A DNA stretch of 64,000 bases from an uncultured Dehalococcoidia bacterium (GTDB lineage Bacteria > Chloroflexota > Dehalococcoidia > UBA6926). The position numbers and the translations under genes were made by a program. The notes under the pieces are model-generated. The model had not been told where the DNA came from and did no database searches. It saw nothing but the letters and a program-made list of their open reading frames with translations. Below, piece after piece: positions 10,267-20,013 of this stretch. The first letter of the stretch is position 1. Every line of letters begins with the position of its first letter. Location: assembly GCA_964405845.1 (NCBI GenBank), contig CAYOPL010000012.1, forward strand, positions 8,884 to 72,883. Reading direction: 5' to 3'.

Positions 10267-11236
10267 TGATGACGTGGAATCGCGGGTTGCTCGCATCGAA
10301 TTGACCTATCCTCTTGACCTGCCGGCGTCGTTGGATGAGGGACAGGCCTTTGGCTGGACTGCCCCTGATGTCGATGCCAATGACTGGTGGATCGGGACCG
10401 TTCATCGACACGCCATTCGTGTCCGGCACTTGGATGCAACAGTTAATAGTCTTGGCGTTCTGGAGGTTTCTGCGCACGACCCTGATCTGCCAAATGACGC
10501 TGCCGCGGAAATGGTCACTCGCTACCTGCGTCTTGATGACGACCACTTACAAATCAAACGAGCGCTGTCCAAAGATGCTGTGCTCGTGGAGATCATGGAT
10601 CGTTGGCCCGGCTTGACCCTGTTGCGGCAGGAACCGTGGGAATGCTTGGCCAGTTTCATCATCAGCGCTCAATGCCACCTGCCACGAATTAAAAGGAACA
10701 TGCAGAACCTGGCCGAGGCGTGCGGCGTCAGCAGTACGGCATGGGATCAAAAGGTGTACAGCGTTCCTGAACCGGTCGCGGTGGCGCGCTTGGGGGAGAC
10801 CCAACTCCGCCGCATCGGACTCGGGTTTCGTGCCCCATTTCTCGCTTCGGCCGCCATACGCATTGCGGAGGGTGACGTTGAACTTGATGAACTGCGAACG
10901 CTTTCGTACGAAGACGCCAAAAACGCGCTGCTGACTTTCAAAGGCATCGGCCCGAAAATCGCTGACTGCATCCTCGCGTTTTCACTGGATCATACAAAGG
11001 CATTCGCAGTAGATAGATGGGTAAGCCGCGCCGTGACGCGCTTGTACCTCGATGGAAAGAAAACTCCCGAGGACAAGATCGCGATGTGGGGACGGGAGCG
11101 TTTCGGCCGTTACGCCGCCTATGCGCAGCAGCTGCTATTTCAGGAGGAGCGCGAAGTGGCTATGCGAGAGCGCTCGCTACCTGGCAGCGTCATGATCCGT
11201 CAGAGACGGCAGAACCGCGCCCTGTCCATTGCCTGA
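10259..11236 (+). CDS. 8-oxoguanine DNA glycosylase (OGG1/HhH-GPD family)
   Basis: SLDEGQAFGW, LLRQEPWECLASFIIS, LGFRA, HhH KGIGPKIADC, FAVDRW, YAQQLLF. Confidence 0.9.
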   Translation: MSSDDVESRVARIELTYPLDLPASLDEGQAFGWTAPDVDANDWWIGTVHRHAIRVRHLDATVNSLGVLEVSAHDPDLPNDAAAEMVTRYLRLDDDHLQIKRALSKDAVLVEIMDRWPGLTLLRQEPWECLASFIISAQCHLPRIKRNMQNLAEACGVSSTAWDQKVYSVPEPVAVARLGETQLRRIGLGFRAPFLASAAIRIAEGDVELDELRTLSYEDAKNALLTFKGIGPKIADCILAFSLDHTKAFAVDRWVSRAVTRLYLDGKKTPEDKIAMWGRERFGRYAAYAQQLLFQEEREVAMRERSLPGSVMIRQRRQNRALSIA

Positions 11237-12467
11237 CCAACTGCACTTCGCCATCCCTGTTCAAGACCAGGTTGTCGAGCCGGGCCTTTCGCAGCTGGTC
11301 AAGGAACTTACCGACAAGTGGCCCTTGCTGTACACCCATCTCAAGCAGGTCATTGCCGTTCAGCTCAGGCTGGATGTGTCTCCACGTTCCGAGATATGAG
11401 GCGATTGCTCGAGCCTCAGCAGCGTCTCCGGTAAGGTACAGGGCCTCAAGGGCAGCCGGGTCAAACTGGGAGAGGACATCCGAAAAGTTGCTTGGACGGC
11501 CCACTTCTGAAGCCTCACGGAATGCCGCCGATCCACTCGTCTTCCAGAAGCGGATGTCATCGACTGCCCGGCGAGAGCTGCCTGCAAGATGGAAAGTGTC
11601 AATGAGTGTGTCGTATTCCGTCCCTACCGTTGTTGCAACGAGGGCCCAATGCACGTCGGTATCATCGGCGTCATCGGGCCTGACCGCGGCCTCTCGATCA
11701 GACATCGAGAAAGTGTACAGCCCGCTCACCCAATCGGATGCTGTGGGCAGGTGATCCAGAACCCCCCAGGACTGCAGCATAATCAGTCCTTCCATGGGCT
11801 TCTCTTCTCGCCACAGTCGGTTGAATTCGTTGCGCAGGCGATCCGGGCCAACCGTGCCGATATAGGAAGCATCGTTCCTCAACCATGACTCGGTTTCCGC
11901 GTTCAGTCTGAACCGGAGTCGTGAGGCGTAGCGAGCGGCGCGAATCATTCTTGTGGCGTCATCACGGAACGCCCCAGTATGCAGAGCTCGTAGTACTCCT
12001 GCTTGTACATCGTTGACGCCACGGTGTGGATCGATTACACGCCCGAAATCCATCGAACCGATTGAGACGGCGATTGCGTTTGCTGCAAAGTCGCGGCGTC
12101 CCAGGTCGGTCTCGATATCTGATGGAGCAACGTCCGGCAGCGCGCCGGGTGACGCGTACGTCTCACTGCGGGCCGTCGCGATGTCCATGTCCCGCGTGCC
12201 GATGGTCAGTTTGACTGTCATGAATTGTGAGGCGGTGGTTCTCAGGGCTAGGCGAAACTGAACGGCCCTCTGCGCCAGTTCATCAGCGCTCCCTTGGACA
12301 ACTAGGTCAACTTCAACGGGATCCCGCCCCAGCAGAATGTCCCGCACAGCTCCCCCGACAATGAAGAGCGTGCCCTGTTCCGCAATCTCGCCGAGCGTAC
12401 GGCATGTTTCCAGCAAGTCCGGCTCTAGCCGCTGCCCCAATTCCAGCGCAATGCTCTTGGACATCAT
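11190..12467 (-). CDS. cca: CCA tRNA nucleotidyltransferase (class II)
   Basis: VGGAVRD..EVDLVV, ARSETY..PGALP, DLGRRDF..NA, FRDDATRMIRAARY; C-terminal LNGNDL..GP.VG. Confidence 0.85.
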   Translation of the reverse strand: MMSKSIALELGQRLEPDLLETCRTLGEIAEQGTLFIVGGAVRDILLGRDPVEVDLVVQGSADELAQRAVQFRLALRTTASQFMTVKLTIGTRDMDIATARSETYASPGALPDVAPSDIETDLGRRDFAANAIAVSIGSMDFGRVIDPHRGVNDVQAGVLRALHTGAFRDDATRMIRAARYASRLRFRLNAETESWLRNDASYIGTVGPDRLRNEFNRLWREEKPMEGLIMLQSWGVLDHLPTASDWVSGLYTFSMSDREAAVRPDDADDTDVHWALVATTVGTEYDTLIDTFHLAGSSRRAVDDIRFWKTSGSAAFREASEVGRPSNFSDVLSQFDPAALEALYLTGDAAEARAIASYLGTWRHIQPELNGNDLLEMGVQQGPLVGKFLDQLRKARLDNLVLNRDGEVQLVRQWTGRGSAVSDGS

Positions 12468-12505
12468 GGTGCTTTAATCATCGCATGGCTTGGCGAGGGG
12501 TCTCT

Positions 12506-12534
12506 TTGACTCATTCGGACACACATTCTAGAAT
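12506..12534 (+). promoter_or_regulatory. Sigma70-type promoter for the glutaredoxin/thioredoxin pair
   Basis: TTGACT-17 nt-TAGAAT upstream of a GGAGG RBS. Confidence 0.6.
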
Positions 12535-12587
12535 CACTAAGAAGATCAGAGTGCCCCGGAATTGCCGGGCTCAATGGAGGTTTGTTG

Positions 12588-12827
12588 GTGGCAACACAAG
12601 TTGGAACAAAGCCAATTGTCTACACATTGACGACGTGCCCTGCGTGCGTCGTGATGAAAGAGGATTGGAACAAACAAGGTATCGAGTTTGAAGAGCGGCA
12701 GGTCGATGAGAGTCAGACTTGGCTCGATGAGGCTCGCACCTATGGCGATGTCGTCCCAATTGTCGTTTATCCGGACGGAAAGGTCACCATGGGATACAAG
12801 GACATGATTAGCTGTAATATCGGCTAA
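12588..12827 (+). CDS. Glutaredoxin-like protein (CPAC) with extra C-terminal Cys
   Basis: IVYT..TCPAC, GIEFEE, VPIVV; GGAGG 7 nt before GTG. Confidence 0.85.
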   Translation: MATQVGTKPIVYTLTTCPACVVMKEDWNKQGIEFEERQVDESQTWLDEARTYGDVVPIVVYPDGKVTMGYKDMISCNIG

Positions 12828-12878
12828 CCCGTCGCTTACGGCACATTCAGTAGCAATTCGAGAATCGGAGGAATACCA

Positions 12879-13460
12879 ATGGCTGAGAAGACAACCGTCG
12901 TCACACCTGAACGCTTTGGTTCGGGTTTCACATACGACGACTATATTGAGCAGATTAAGGTCAACAAGGACAGGTTTGAGCAGTACTACAACAGCACCCA
13001 GCTCTCCGATGATGATGTGACATTTTTCCGCCGTGCCAAGGATGCCGGCGCGACAAAGATGCTGATCCTCGGTGAGGATTGGTGCCCTGACGTGTTCCGC
13101 GGGATGCCGGTTCTCGCAAAGATCGCCGAAGCGGCGGGCATGGAAGTCAGCGTCTTTCCGCGGGATGAGAATCTCGACATCATGAATGAGTTCCTCAAGA
13201 ACGGCGAATTCATGTCCATTCCCGTGCCCGTCTTCTACACGGACGATCTCGAAGAGATTGCGCATTGGCACGAGCGACCCGAGTCCGCCAATGAAGAAAT
13301 GCCGAAGATTACTGAAGACGTGAAGGCTGAGATTGGCGACGAGGATGAGCAGGAATTCCGCCGCACAGTGCGTGAGCGGACGCAGGCTCGCTACCCTGCA
13401 TGGCAGGTGGAGACCGTCCGGGAGCTGCGAGAGTTGCTCGCGGAGAAGCTGTCTCTCTAA
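12879..13460 (+). CDS. Thioredoxin-fold protein (Thioredoxin_9-like, WCPDV)
   Basis: ILGEDWCPD, RDENLDIM, SIPVPVF, WHERP; GGAGG RBS. Confidence 0.85.
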   Translation: MAEKTTVVTPERFGSGFTYDDYIEQIKVNKDRFEQYYNSTQLSDDDVTFFRRAKDAGATKMLILGEDWCPDVFRGMPVLAKIAEAAGMEVSVFPRDENLDIMNEFLKNGEFMSIPVPVFYTDDLEEIAHWHERPESANEEMPKITEDVKAEIGDEDEQEFRRTVRERTQARYPAWQVETVRELRELLAEKLSL

Positions 13461-13483
13461 TTGCTGGATTCCCCTTGATATTG

Positions 13484-13517
13484 AAGAGGGACGGGGCAAA
13501 GGCCCCGTCCCTCTTTT
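13484..13517 (+). terminator. Rho-independent terminator
   Basis: AAGAGGGACGGGGC-AAAG-GCCCCGTCCCTCTT followed by T residues. Confidence 0.85.
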
Positions 13518-13652
13518 AGTTCCGCTGCTAACGTTCACAGGTGTGACGACGTTCGAATAGACAGCGCGTTGTAGCGGCGGCGGCCCATGGTCGGTAACAC
13601 CCGCCCCGGCGGTAATGCAAACGCCCTCCGGGGCAATTGAGGTGTGTAGCGG

Positions 13653-15347
13653 ATGGCGACGATTAAGCGTCTGCGGCTGTGGCAAATCATTGTAATCATC
13701 GGCGTATTGATTGTTGGTTTAGGCGGCGGCGCGTACGTCATCAACGCACAGTTATCGGGCGATCAAGCCGCCGGGGGCCTCACGGAGAATGAGCAGCTTG
13801 TGGCGGTGGCGCGCGGGGATCTGATCAACCAGGTACAGACGGGCGGCACGCTTACTTTGCCCCATCGGGAATCCATACGCTTGGGCGTTGGTTCCGTCGT
13901 CAAGGATGTGTTGGTTGAAGAAGGGCAAGCAGTTATTGAAGGCCAGGCCCTTTTTACGTTGGATGACGCAACCGTCGCGCAGCATGACATGGAGATCGCG
14001 AAGGCACGGATAGCGCTGCGAGACGCGCGGGATGCTCTTGCGAATCTGCTTCCAAACGCGCAAGCAGATCTGGCTGTCGCCGAGGATAACGTCGCGGACG
14101 CGGAGCGGATTCTTGTTGACCTCGATAAGGAACACCGGGAGAAAATCGAGACGGCGCAGGATGACGTTGATAAGCAGGAAGAAGTGTATCGGGACACCTT
14201 CGCCGCATGGCTGGGAGTCACCCTTGAAGACCATGAAGTGACAATTCCTCCGGACGAGCTACTAACGGGGTGGGGAGCCAACTTGGAGGAACTGCTAATC
14301 GAGACCGCTGGCACTGACACCGTAAGGGGTATCTATTCCAGGGGTGCTCCTGCAGACGATCCGGCAACTAGATGGTCGGAAACCATCGTCTACGGTATCG
14401 TCAATTTCTACCCGGGTCAGATCGTCGCCACGTGCGAGAGCACTGACACCCACCCACTCAACGGGCACTGCCTTCAAAAGGGGTTTGATGACGCTTGGGA
14501 TGCGCTAACAACGGCTCGCGATGACCTTTATGACGAGGTTACGGCCAAGGATACCACCACACGGGACGCGCAAACCAAGCTGGATGTGGCACGGGAAGAA
14601 CACGACCAGATGTTGCTCGCCGTGCGTGATGCGAGCGAGGGAGACGAGGGATACGCTCGTCAACTCAGAGAGGCTGAACTTGCGACAGCGGAGGTTGCGC
14701 TGCAGGATGCGTTGCAGCAGCGCGAGGAAGCGACCATCCGCGCGCCAATCGACGGTATTGTCGCCGTCCTCAATGCGGTTCCGGGCGAGGAGCTTGACGT
14801 GGAGTCGCGGATTGCGGTTGAGATTATTGACACGTCCGTCGTGGAGCTCTCGGGGCAGGTTGATGAGACCGACGTGCTGCGAATTAGCTACGGGGATTCC
14901 GCCGAAATCACCTTGGATGCGATGCCCGGGCAGATATTCACTGGCTCAATATCGTCAATTTCGTCCGCAGCGCAGCTTCAACAAGGCATCGCGGTCTTTA
15001 CGGTCCTAGTACGCATTGACGTTCCCCCGGACGTTGACTTGCGGGAAGGTATGAACGCGAACGCCCGCATGGCCGTGGAAGAGGAGTTCGACGTCTTGCT
15101 GGTTCCTGTGCAATCGATTTACGGCACGTTCCAGGAGCCCATCCTCCGTGTCATGGCAGACGGCGAGACTACGTTGCGCCCTGTGACTCTTGGAAACAAT
15201 GACGGCTTTTGGGTTGTTGTCGAGAGCGGCGTGAGTGAGGGCGAAGAGGTCACTATGCACGTGTCCGAGGCAGATGAATTCGGCGTGTTTGGCGGTGGCC
15301 CGGGATTCCAGCGCCAGACTACCCGGACCGTTCGGGTAGTCAACTAG
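13653..15347 (+). CDS. MacA/HlyD-type membrane fusion (adaptor) protein with a large insertion
   Basis: N-terminal TM; lipoyl half-motifs VLVEEGQAVIEGQALF and IRAPIDGIV; VDETDV; LREGMNA; LLVP. Confidence 0.88.
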   Translation: MATIKRLRLWQIIVIIGVLIVGLGGGAYVINAQLSGDQAAGGLTENEQLVAVARGDLINQVQTGGTLTLPHRESIRLGVGSVVKDVLVEEGQAVIEGQALFTLDDATVAQHDMEIAKARIALRDARDALANLLPNAQADLAVAEDNVADAERILVDLDKEHREKIETAQDDVDKQEEVYRDTFAAWLGVTLEDHEVTIPPDELLTGWGANLEELLIETAGTDTVRGIYSRGAPADDPATRWSETIVYGIVNFYPGQIVATCESTDTHPLNGHCLQKGFDDAWDALTTARDDLYDEVTAKDTTTRDAQTKLDVAREEHDQMLLAVRDASEGDEGYARQLREAELATAEVALQDALQQREEATIRAPIDGIVAVLNAVPGEELDVESRIAVEIIDTSVVELSGQVDETDVLRISYGDSAEITLDAMPGQIFTGSISSISSAAQLQQGIAVFTVLVRIDVPPDVDLREGMNANARMAVEEEFDVLLVPVQSIYGTFQEPILRVMADGETTLRPVTLGNNDGFWVVVESGVSEGEEVTMHVSEADEFGVFGGGPGFQRQTTRTVRVVN

Positions 15348-15382
15348 CGGCGTTCGCGCGTTGGGCAGCCCGGAGCAGCAAT

Positions 15383-16063
15383 GTGATTGAACTCGTTAAC
15401 GTCACCAAGACCTATCGAATGGGTGAGGTTGAGATTGGCGCCCTGCGCGGTGTCAATCTGACTGTCGAGGATGGCGAGATGGTCGCCGTCATGGGGGCCT
15501 CAGGCTCCGGCAAATCGACCCTGATGAACATTCTTGGCTGCCTTGACGTTCCCACGTCCGGCCAGTATTCGCTTGATGGCGTCAGTGTTGGACGGCTGTC
15601 CGATTCACGGCTGGCGGCGATTCGGAACCGCAAAATTGGATTTGTGTTTCAGAGTTACAACCTGTTGCCGCGCCTCACGGCGGCGTCGAACGTTGAGCTG
15701 CCGCTGTTGTACGCGCGAAAGGGTGGCAGCGCGCGTTTGGCACGAGAGGCGTTGGGGCGTGTCGGACTTGCGGACAGGACCGACCATCGTCCAACGGAAA
15801 TGTCCGGTGGACAGCAACAACGAGTCGCCATCGCGCGGGCGCTGGTTAATGAGCCGTCCATCTTGCTTGCCGATGAACCGACGGGCAACCTCGATTCTCG
15901 CTCCAGCCTGGAGATAATCGAACTGCTCAAGGAGCTCAATCGACAGTCGGGCATCACCGTCATCATCGTCACGCATGAGGAGGACATCGCGGGTTTCGCT
16001 GAACGAAGAATCCTGATGCGCGACGGGGAAATCGTCGATGATGAGAGAGCGAGGACGACGTGA
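15383..16063 (+). CDS. ABC transporter ATP-binding protein (MacB/LolD type)
   Basis: GASGSGKST, IGFVFQ, MSGGQQQRV, LADEPTGNLD, VTH. Confidence 0.95.
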   Translation: MIELVNVTKTYRMGEVEIGALRGVNLTVEDGEMVAVMGASGSGKSTLMNILGCLDVPTSGQYSLDGVSVGRLSDSRLAAIRNRKIGFVFQSYNLLPRLTAASNVELPLLYARKGGSARLAREALGRVGLADRTDHRPTEMSGGQQQRVAIARALVNEPSILLADEPTGNLDSRSSLEIIELLKELNRQSGITVIIVTHEEDIAGFAERRILMRDGEIVDDERARTT

Positions 16064-17277
16064 GCCCGCAGCGCACGCTCCTCTCGGCTCTGCAATCCGT
16101 GGGGTCAAACAAACTCCGCAGTTTGCTGACTCTGCTCGGCATCGTGATTGGCGTGGCGGCGGTGATTTCGCTCATGTCCATCGGACGCGGTGTGCAGGAG
16201 TCCGTGACATCGTTCATCCAGGAGTTGGGCACGAACACTCTCTTCATCAGTCCGTCAGGGGGATCGCTAACGCTGGATGACGCATATGCGCTCGTGGATC
16301 CGGTGCTTGCTCCCTCGGTTGATCAGGTTGCACCGGAGATTAACTCGTTTGGCGACGTAACAACCACTGATGACTTCGGGGCGCGCAGCCTTTCCGGCGA
16401 GATCACGGGCGTGACACCTGAGTACCGGGAAGTGCGAGATTACGAGGTTGCCACCGGAAGCTTCATTAGCATTCCGCATGTTTCTGCTGCGTCCGACGTG
16501 GCAGTCCTGGGCTCGCAGGCGGCGGTGGACCTCTTCCTGGGGCGCAATCCGGTTGGGCAGACCATTACCATTAACGGCCGCAAGATGACTGTTATCGGTG
16601 TGCTGGAGAGCAGGGGAGGGGGAGCGTTTGGTTTCGAGGACAACCGCGTCCTCATTCCAATCACGACTGCTTATCGCCGCATCAGCGCAGATCGAAATGT
16701 TGAGGGCACTGTCGGTGTCGATACCATCAGCGTGCTGGTCGGCGATGTCGACAACATGGAGCGGGCTGAGGACGAAGTTAGCCGGATCTTGCGTCTGCGG
16801 CATCGCATCACGGACGAAGACGACTTTGAGGTCAGGAATCAACAGCAAGCGCTGGAAGCTTTCCAGGAAACTACGCAAGCTTTTGTGCTCTTCTTGGGTT
16901 CGATTGCAGGCATCTCCCTCATTGTTGGCGGAATCGGAATCATGAACATCATGCTCGTGTCAGTGACAGAACGGACGCGGGAAATCGGTATTCGCAAAGC
17001 AGTGGGAGCCCGGCACTGGGACATACTCTCGCAGTTCGTGCTGGAGGCGATCCTTCTGAGTCTGGGCGGCGGTATCATCGGCGTGCTTGTGGGCATGCTC
17101 GTCGCACAAGGAATGAACGTCACCCTGTTGGCCCAGGAAGAAATTCGCACAGTTGTCAGCACCGACATTACTGTCTTGGCCTTGGCTGTTTCCATGCTTA
17201 TCGGTCTGGTGTTCGGTATCTATCCAGCGATGCGGGCCGCCGCGCTGCATCCAATCGAGGCACTGAGATATGAGTAA
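16060..17277 (+). CDS. ABC transporter permease (MacB/FtsX type)
   Basis: RSLLTLLGIVIGV, VGGIGIMNIMLVSVTERTREIGIRKAVGA, PIEALRYE. Confidence 0.95.
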   Translation: MSPQRTLLSALQSVGSNKLRSLLTLLGIVIGVAAVISLMSIGRGVQESVTSFIQELGTNTLFISPSGGSLTLDDAYALVDPVLAPSVDQVAPEINSFGDVTTTDDFGARSLSGEITGVTPEYREVRDYEVATGSFISIPHVSAASDVAVLGSQAAVDLFLGRNPVGQTITINGRKMTVIGVLESRGGGAFGFEDNRVLIPITTAYRRISADRNVEGTVGVDTISVLVGDVDNMERAEDEVSRILRLRHRITDEDDFEVRNQQQALEAFQETTQAFVLFLGSIAGISLIVGGIGIMNIMLVSVTERTREIGIRKAVGARHWDILSQFVLEAILLSLGGGIIGVLVGMLVAQGMNVTLLAQEEIRTVVSTDITVLALAVSMLIGLVFGIYPAMRAAALHPIEALRYE

Positions 17278-17288
17278 GGAATGACAAG

Positions 17289-17963
17289 ATGAACGATCAG
17301 CCGATTGAATCCACAGACGAGGAACACTCCAACGGTCCGGGCGCGCGTGTATTCTTGGGAATCGCCGGGCTGGTATTGGTGGTCGGACTGAGCATCGGCG
17401 GCGCGTTCGGAATCGGCGTGCAGGTGGGACAATCACAAGCGGAGAATGTTGAAGAGGTTCCACCGTTGGCCATAACTGCTGAAGATTCTTTCACGGAAGT
17501 AGAAGTGGATTCTGAGAACGCCGATACGGAGATCGTGACGTTCGGGCCGGGCGGTGGTGAGATTCCGCCGGAGGCGATTCGGCAGATGCGGGCACAGGGC
17601 GCGACGGATGCTGACATAGCCGCCATCCGTGCCCAGTTCGGACAGTTCCAACGCGGCGAAGGAGCGGGTTTTCCACAGGGGCGCCCCGGATTCCTGGCAG
17701 GAACGGGTGACACGGATAACGCGGAAATCGGGACCCGCATGAACGGGACCATTGAGTCCTTAGACGGAAACACGATTACCTTGATGACGCCGACGGGCTT
17801 GCAGCGCATATCGACGATTTCAGGAACCCGCATCACTGTCACGCAATCGGGCGAAATTGATGACCTAAGCATCGGGGACCGAGTCACAGTGACCGTCGTC
17901 CCCGGCCCTGAAGAAGACCTGCTGGAGGCCGCGAGCATCACCGCCGTGTCTGTCGGCGAATAG
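17289..17963 (+). CDS. Membrane-anchored accessory protein of the MacAB locus (DUF5666-like C-terminus)
   Basis: Single TM helix, Gly-rich linker, and GTIESLDGNTITL...DLSIGDRVTV OB-like module. Confidence 0.65.
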   Translation: MNDQPIESTDEEHSNGPGARVFLGIAGLVLVVGLSIGGAFGIGVQVGQSQAENVEEVPPLAITAEDSFTEVEVDSENADTEIVTFGPGGGEIPPEAIRQMRAQGATDADIAAIRAQFGQFQRGEGAGFPQGRPGFLAGTGDTDNAEIGTRMNGTIESLDGNTITLMTPTGLQRISTISGTRITVTQSGEIDDLSIGDRVTVTVVPGPEEDLLEAASITAVSVGE

Positions 17964-17987
17964 CCAGCATGCAATAATAGAGACGCT

Positions 17988-19109
17988 ATGACAGCACAGC
18001 GCGCGCGTCTCTCAGTTCCACTTCTTGACCGACTGGTGCCCCGTTACCGGGACATGAAGCCGTATGAGCCTGTAGCGCCACCGGAGCGGCTTCAAGCGGA
18101 GAGCGACGCAGGTGAAGAGGGGATTGTCCGGCTGAACGCCAACGAGAATCCCTACGGCCCGCCCCCCCGAGTCCGGGCGCTCATAGAATCATTCGACGCC
18201 GCTAGCATCTACCCGGATCCTGACCACGCTTCGCTGCGTGCCTGCCTTGCGGAGTACACGGGTTTCGACGCTGAACGCATCGTTGCCGGGTCGGGCAGCG
18301 ACGAGCTCATCGCCCTCTTGGCGCGGCTATTTGTAGGTCCGGAGGACACAATCGTCGCTGCGACGCCCACCTTTGGCATGTATGCAGTCGAGACCGATCT
18401 TGCCGGCGCCCGTTTTGTTGGCGTGCCGCGCAGCCGGGATGATTTCTCCATTGATCTCCCCAGTCTCGTGGATGCGGCTCGTGAAGCATCGATTGTGTTC
18501 TTCTCCACGCCCAACAACCCCACCGGCAACAGCGTGACCGAGGAAGAAATTCGGGCCGTCGCGGAGACTGAGGTCCTCACAATTGTTGATGAGGCGTACG
18601 CAGAGTTTTCTGGAAAATCGCTCATGCACTTGGTGGATGAGTACCCCAACGTTATCTTCCTCCGAACATTCAGCAAATGGGCCGGGCTGGCAGGGCTCCG
18701 CGTCGGCTATGGAATCTTTCCCGCTGATCTTGCCGGAATCCTCATGACGGTCAAGCCGCCGTACAACGTCAACACGTTGGCGCAGGCGGCGGCCATTGCG
18801 GCCATCGAAGATTTGGAAACGGCTATGGCGACGGTAAATCTCATCGTGAAAGAGCGCGCCGTCCTACTAGAAGGGTTGCGGTCACTGCCAAACGTCCAGG
18901 TCTTCCCATCGGACGCCAACTTCCTGCTGGTGCGCTTCCTGGAACACGACGCCAAACAGTTGCATGCCTCTCTACTAAAGCGTGGCATCGCCCTCCGGCA
19001 CTTCAACACCCCTGAACTGCGCGACTGCATCCGCATTTCCGTCGGCAAACCACGAGATCATGAGCGCCTGCTCGAAGCTATGCGTGAGGAGATGGAGGCC
19101 CAGAAGTGA
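17988..19109 (+). CDS. hisC: Histidinol-phosphate aminotransferase
   Basis: RLNANENPY, YPDP, GSGSDE, PNNPTG, VDEAY, RTFSKWAGLAGLRVGY, IRISVG. Confidence 0.95.
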   Translation: MTAQRARLSVPLLDRLVPRYRDMKPYEPVAPPERLQAESDAGEEGIVRLNANENPYGPPPRVRALIESFDAASIYPDPDHASLRACLAEYTGFDAERIVAGSGSDELIALLARLFVGPEDTIVAATPTFGMYAVETDLAGARFVGVPRSRDDFSIDLPSLVDAAREASIVFFSTPNNPTGNSVTEEEIRAVAETEVLTIVDEAYAEFSGKSLMHLVDEYPNVIFLRTFSKWAGLAGLRVGYGIFPADLAGILMTVKPPYNVNTLAQAAAIAAIEDLETAMATVNLIVKERAVLLEGLRSLPNVQVFPSDANFLLVRFLEHDAKQLHASLLKRGIALRHFNTPELRDCIRISVGKPRDHERLLEAMREEMEAQK

Positions 19110-19723
19110 CAGGGGAGGGACCGACTGCGCCTCGCCAGGCCACCGTCCGCCGCGAGACACGAGAGACTATTGTCGAAGTATCGATCAACCTTGACGGGCG
19201 CGCGCAGCACGATGTGAGCACCGGCTCCTTGATGCTCAACCACTTGATAGACCAGCTGGGGCGGCACAGCGGCTTCGATCTCACTGTGCGCGCTGAGGGC
19301 CTGAACGACCCCGACGGACACCACACTGCGGAAGACACCGGCATCGTGATTGGGCGGGCGCTCGCCGAGGCGCTGGGAGACCGCACAGGCATTCGTCGCA
19401 TGGCGCACGAGACAGTCCCGCTGGATGACGCGTTGACGACATCGGTTGTGGATTTGGGCGGGCGCGGTTACGCAGCCATCGGCCTGCAGTTCAGCACTGG
19501 AATGATCGGTGACCTGCGGTCGGAGCTGGTGGGCCACGTGCTGGAGTCCATCGCGCGCGAGGGGCGCATTAACTTGCACGTCGTCCAGCACGCTGGGGTC
19601 AATGACCACCACATCGCTGAAGCCACGTTCAAGGCACTTGCCAAGGCGCTGGATACGGCCACGCGCCGTGATGAGCGGTTTGCGGGTGTCGCGCCCTCTA
19701 CCAAGGGCACGCTGACGGACTAG
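19106..19723 (+). CDS. hisB: Imidazoleglycerol-phosphate dehydratase (monofunctional)
   Basis: RETRET, HHTAED, PLDDAL, NDHHIAEATFKA, PSTKGTL. Confidence 0.95.
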   Translation: MTGEGPTAPRQATVRRETRETIVEVSINLDGRAQHDVSTGSLMLNHLIDQLGRHSGFDLTVRAEGLNDPDGHHTAEDTGIVIGRALAEALGDRTGIRRMAHETVPLDDALTTSVVDLGGRGYAAIGLQFSTGMIGDLRSELVGHVLESIAREGRINLHVVQHAGVNDHHIAEATFKALAKALDTATRRDERFAGVAPSTKGTLTD

Positions 19724-19726
19724 TAG

Positions 19727-19987
19727 CTAGTCGCCTTCTACCACCTCGAACCGGTAGTCCTCAATCACGGGATTCGCAAGCAGTTGACGGCACATGTCCG
19801 TCGCCCGTGACTCAGCCGCCTCCTGTGACGAGGCCTCCCCAAGTTGAACCTCTAGATAACGACCGGCCCGCACGGCTGAAACGGAATCGTACCCCAAGTT
19901 CCTCAGCCCGCCCAGGATTGACAGCCCCTGTGGATCAACAACGCCCGGCTTGGGCGTCACGTAGATTCGCGCGAGGTAGTTCGCCAT
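19727..19987 (-). CDS. purS: Phosphoribosylformylglycinamidine synthase subunit PurS
   Basis: KPGVVDPQG, LGY, MCRQLLANPVIEDY. Confidence 0.95.
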   Translation of the reverse strand: MANYLARIYVTPKPGVVDPQGLSILGGLRNLGYDSVSAVRAGRYLEVQLGEASSQEAAESRATDMCRQLLANPVIEDYRFEVVEGD

Positions 19988-20013
19988 CCCGCTTATGAAT
20001 ACCGCTTACCGGC

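Noticed and set aside
13520-13652. Possible riboswitch in the MacA leader (GCCCCGG...CCGGGGC stem)
   Set aside because: I could not match it to any riboswitch consensus; a covariance-model search would be needed.
12546-13685. 379-aa minus-strand ORF
   Set aside because: It is antisense to the glutaredoxin/thioredoxin genes and spans their terminator; the translation is not protein-like.
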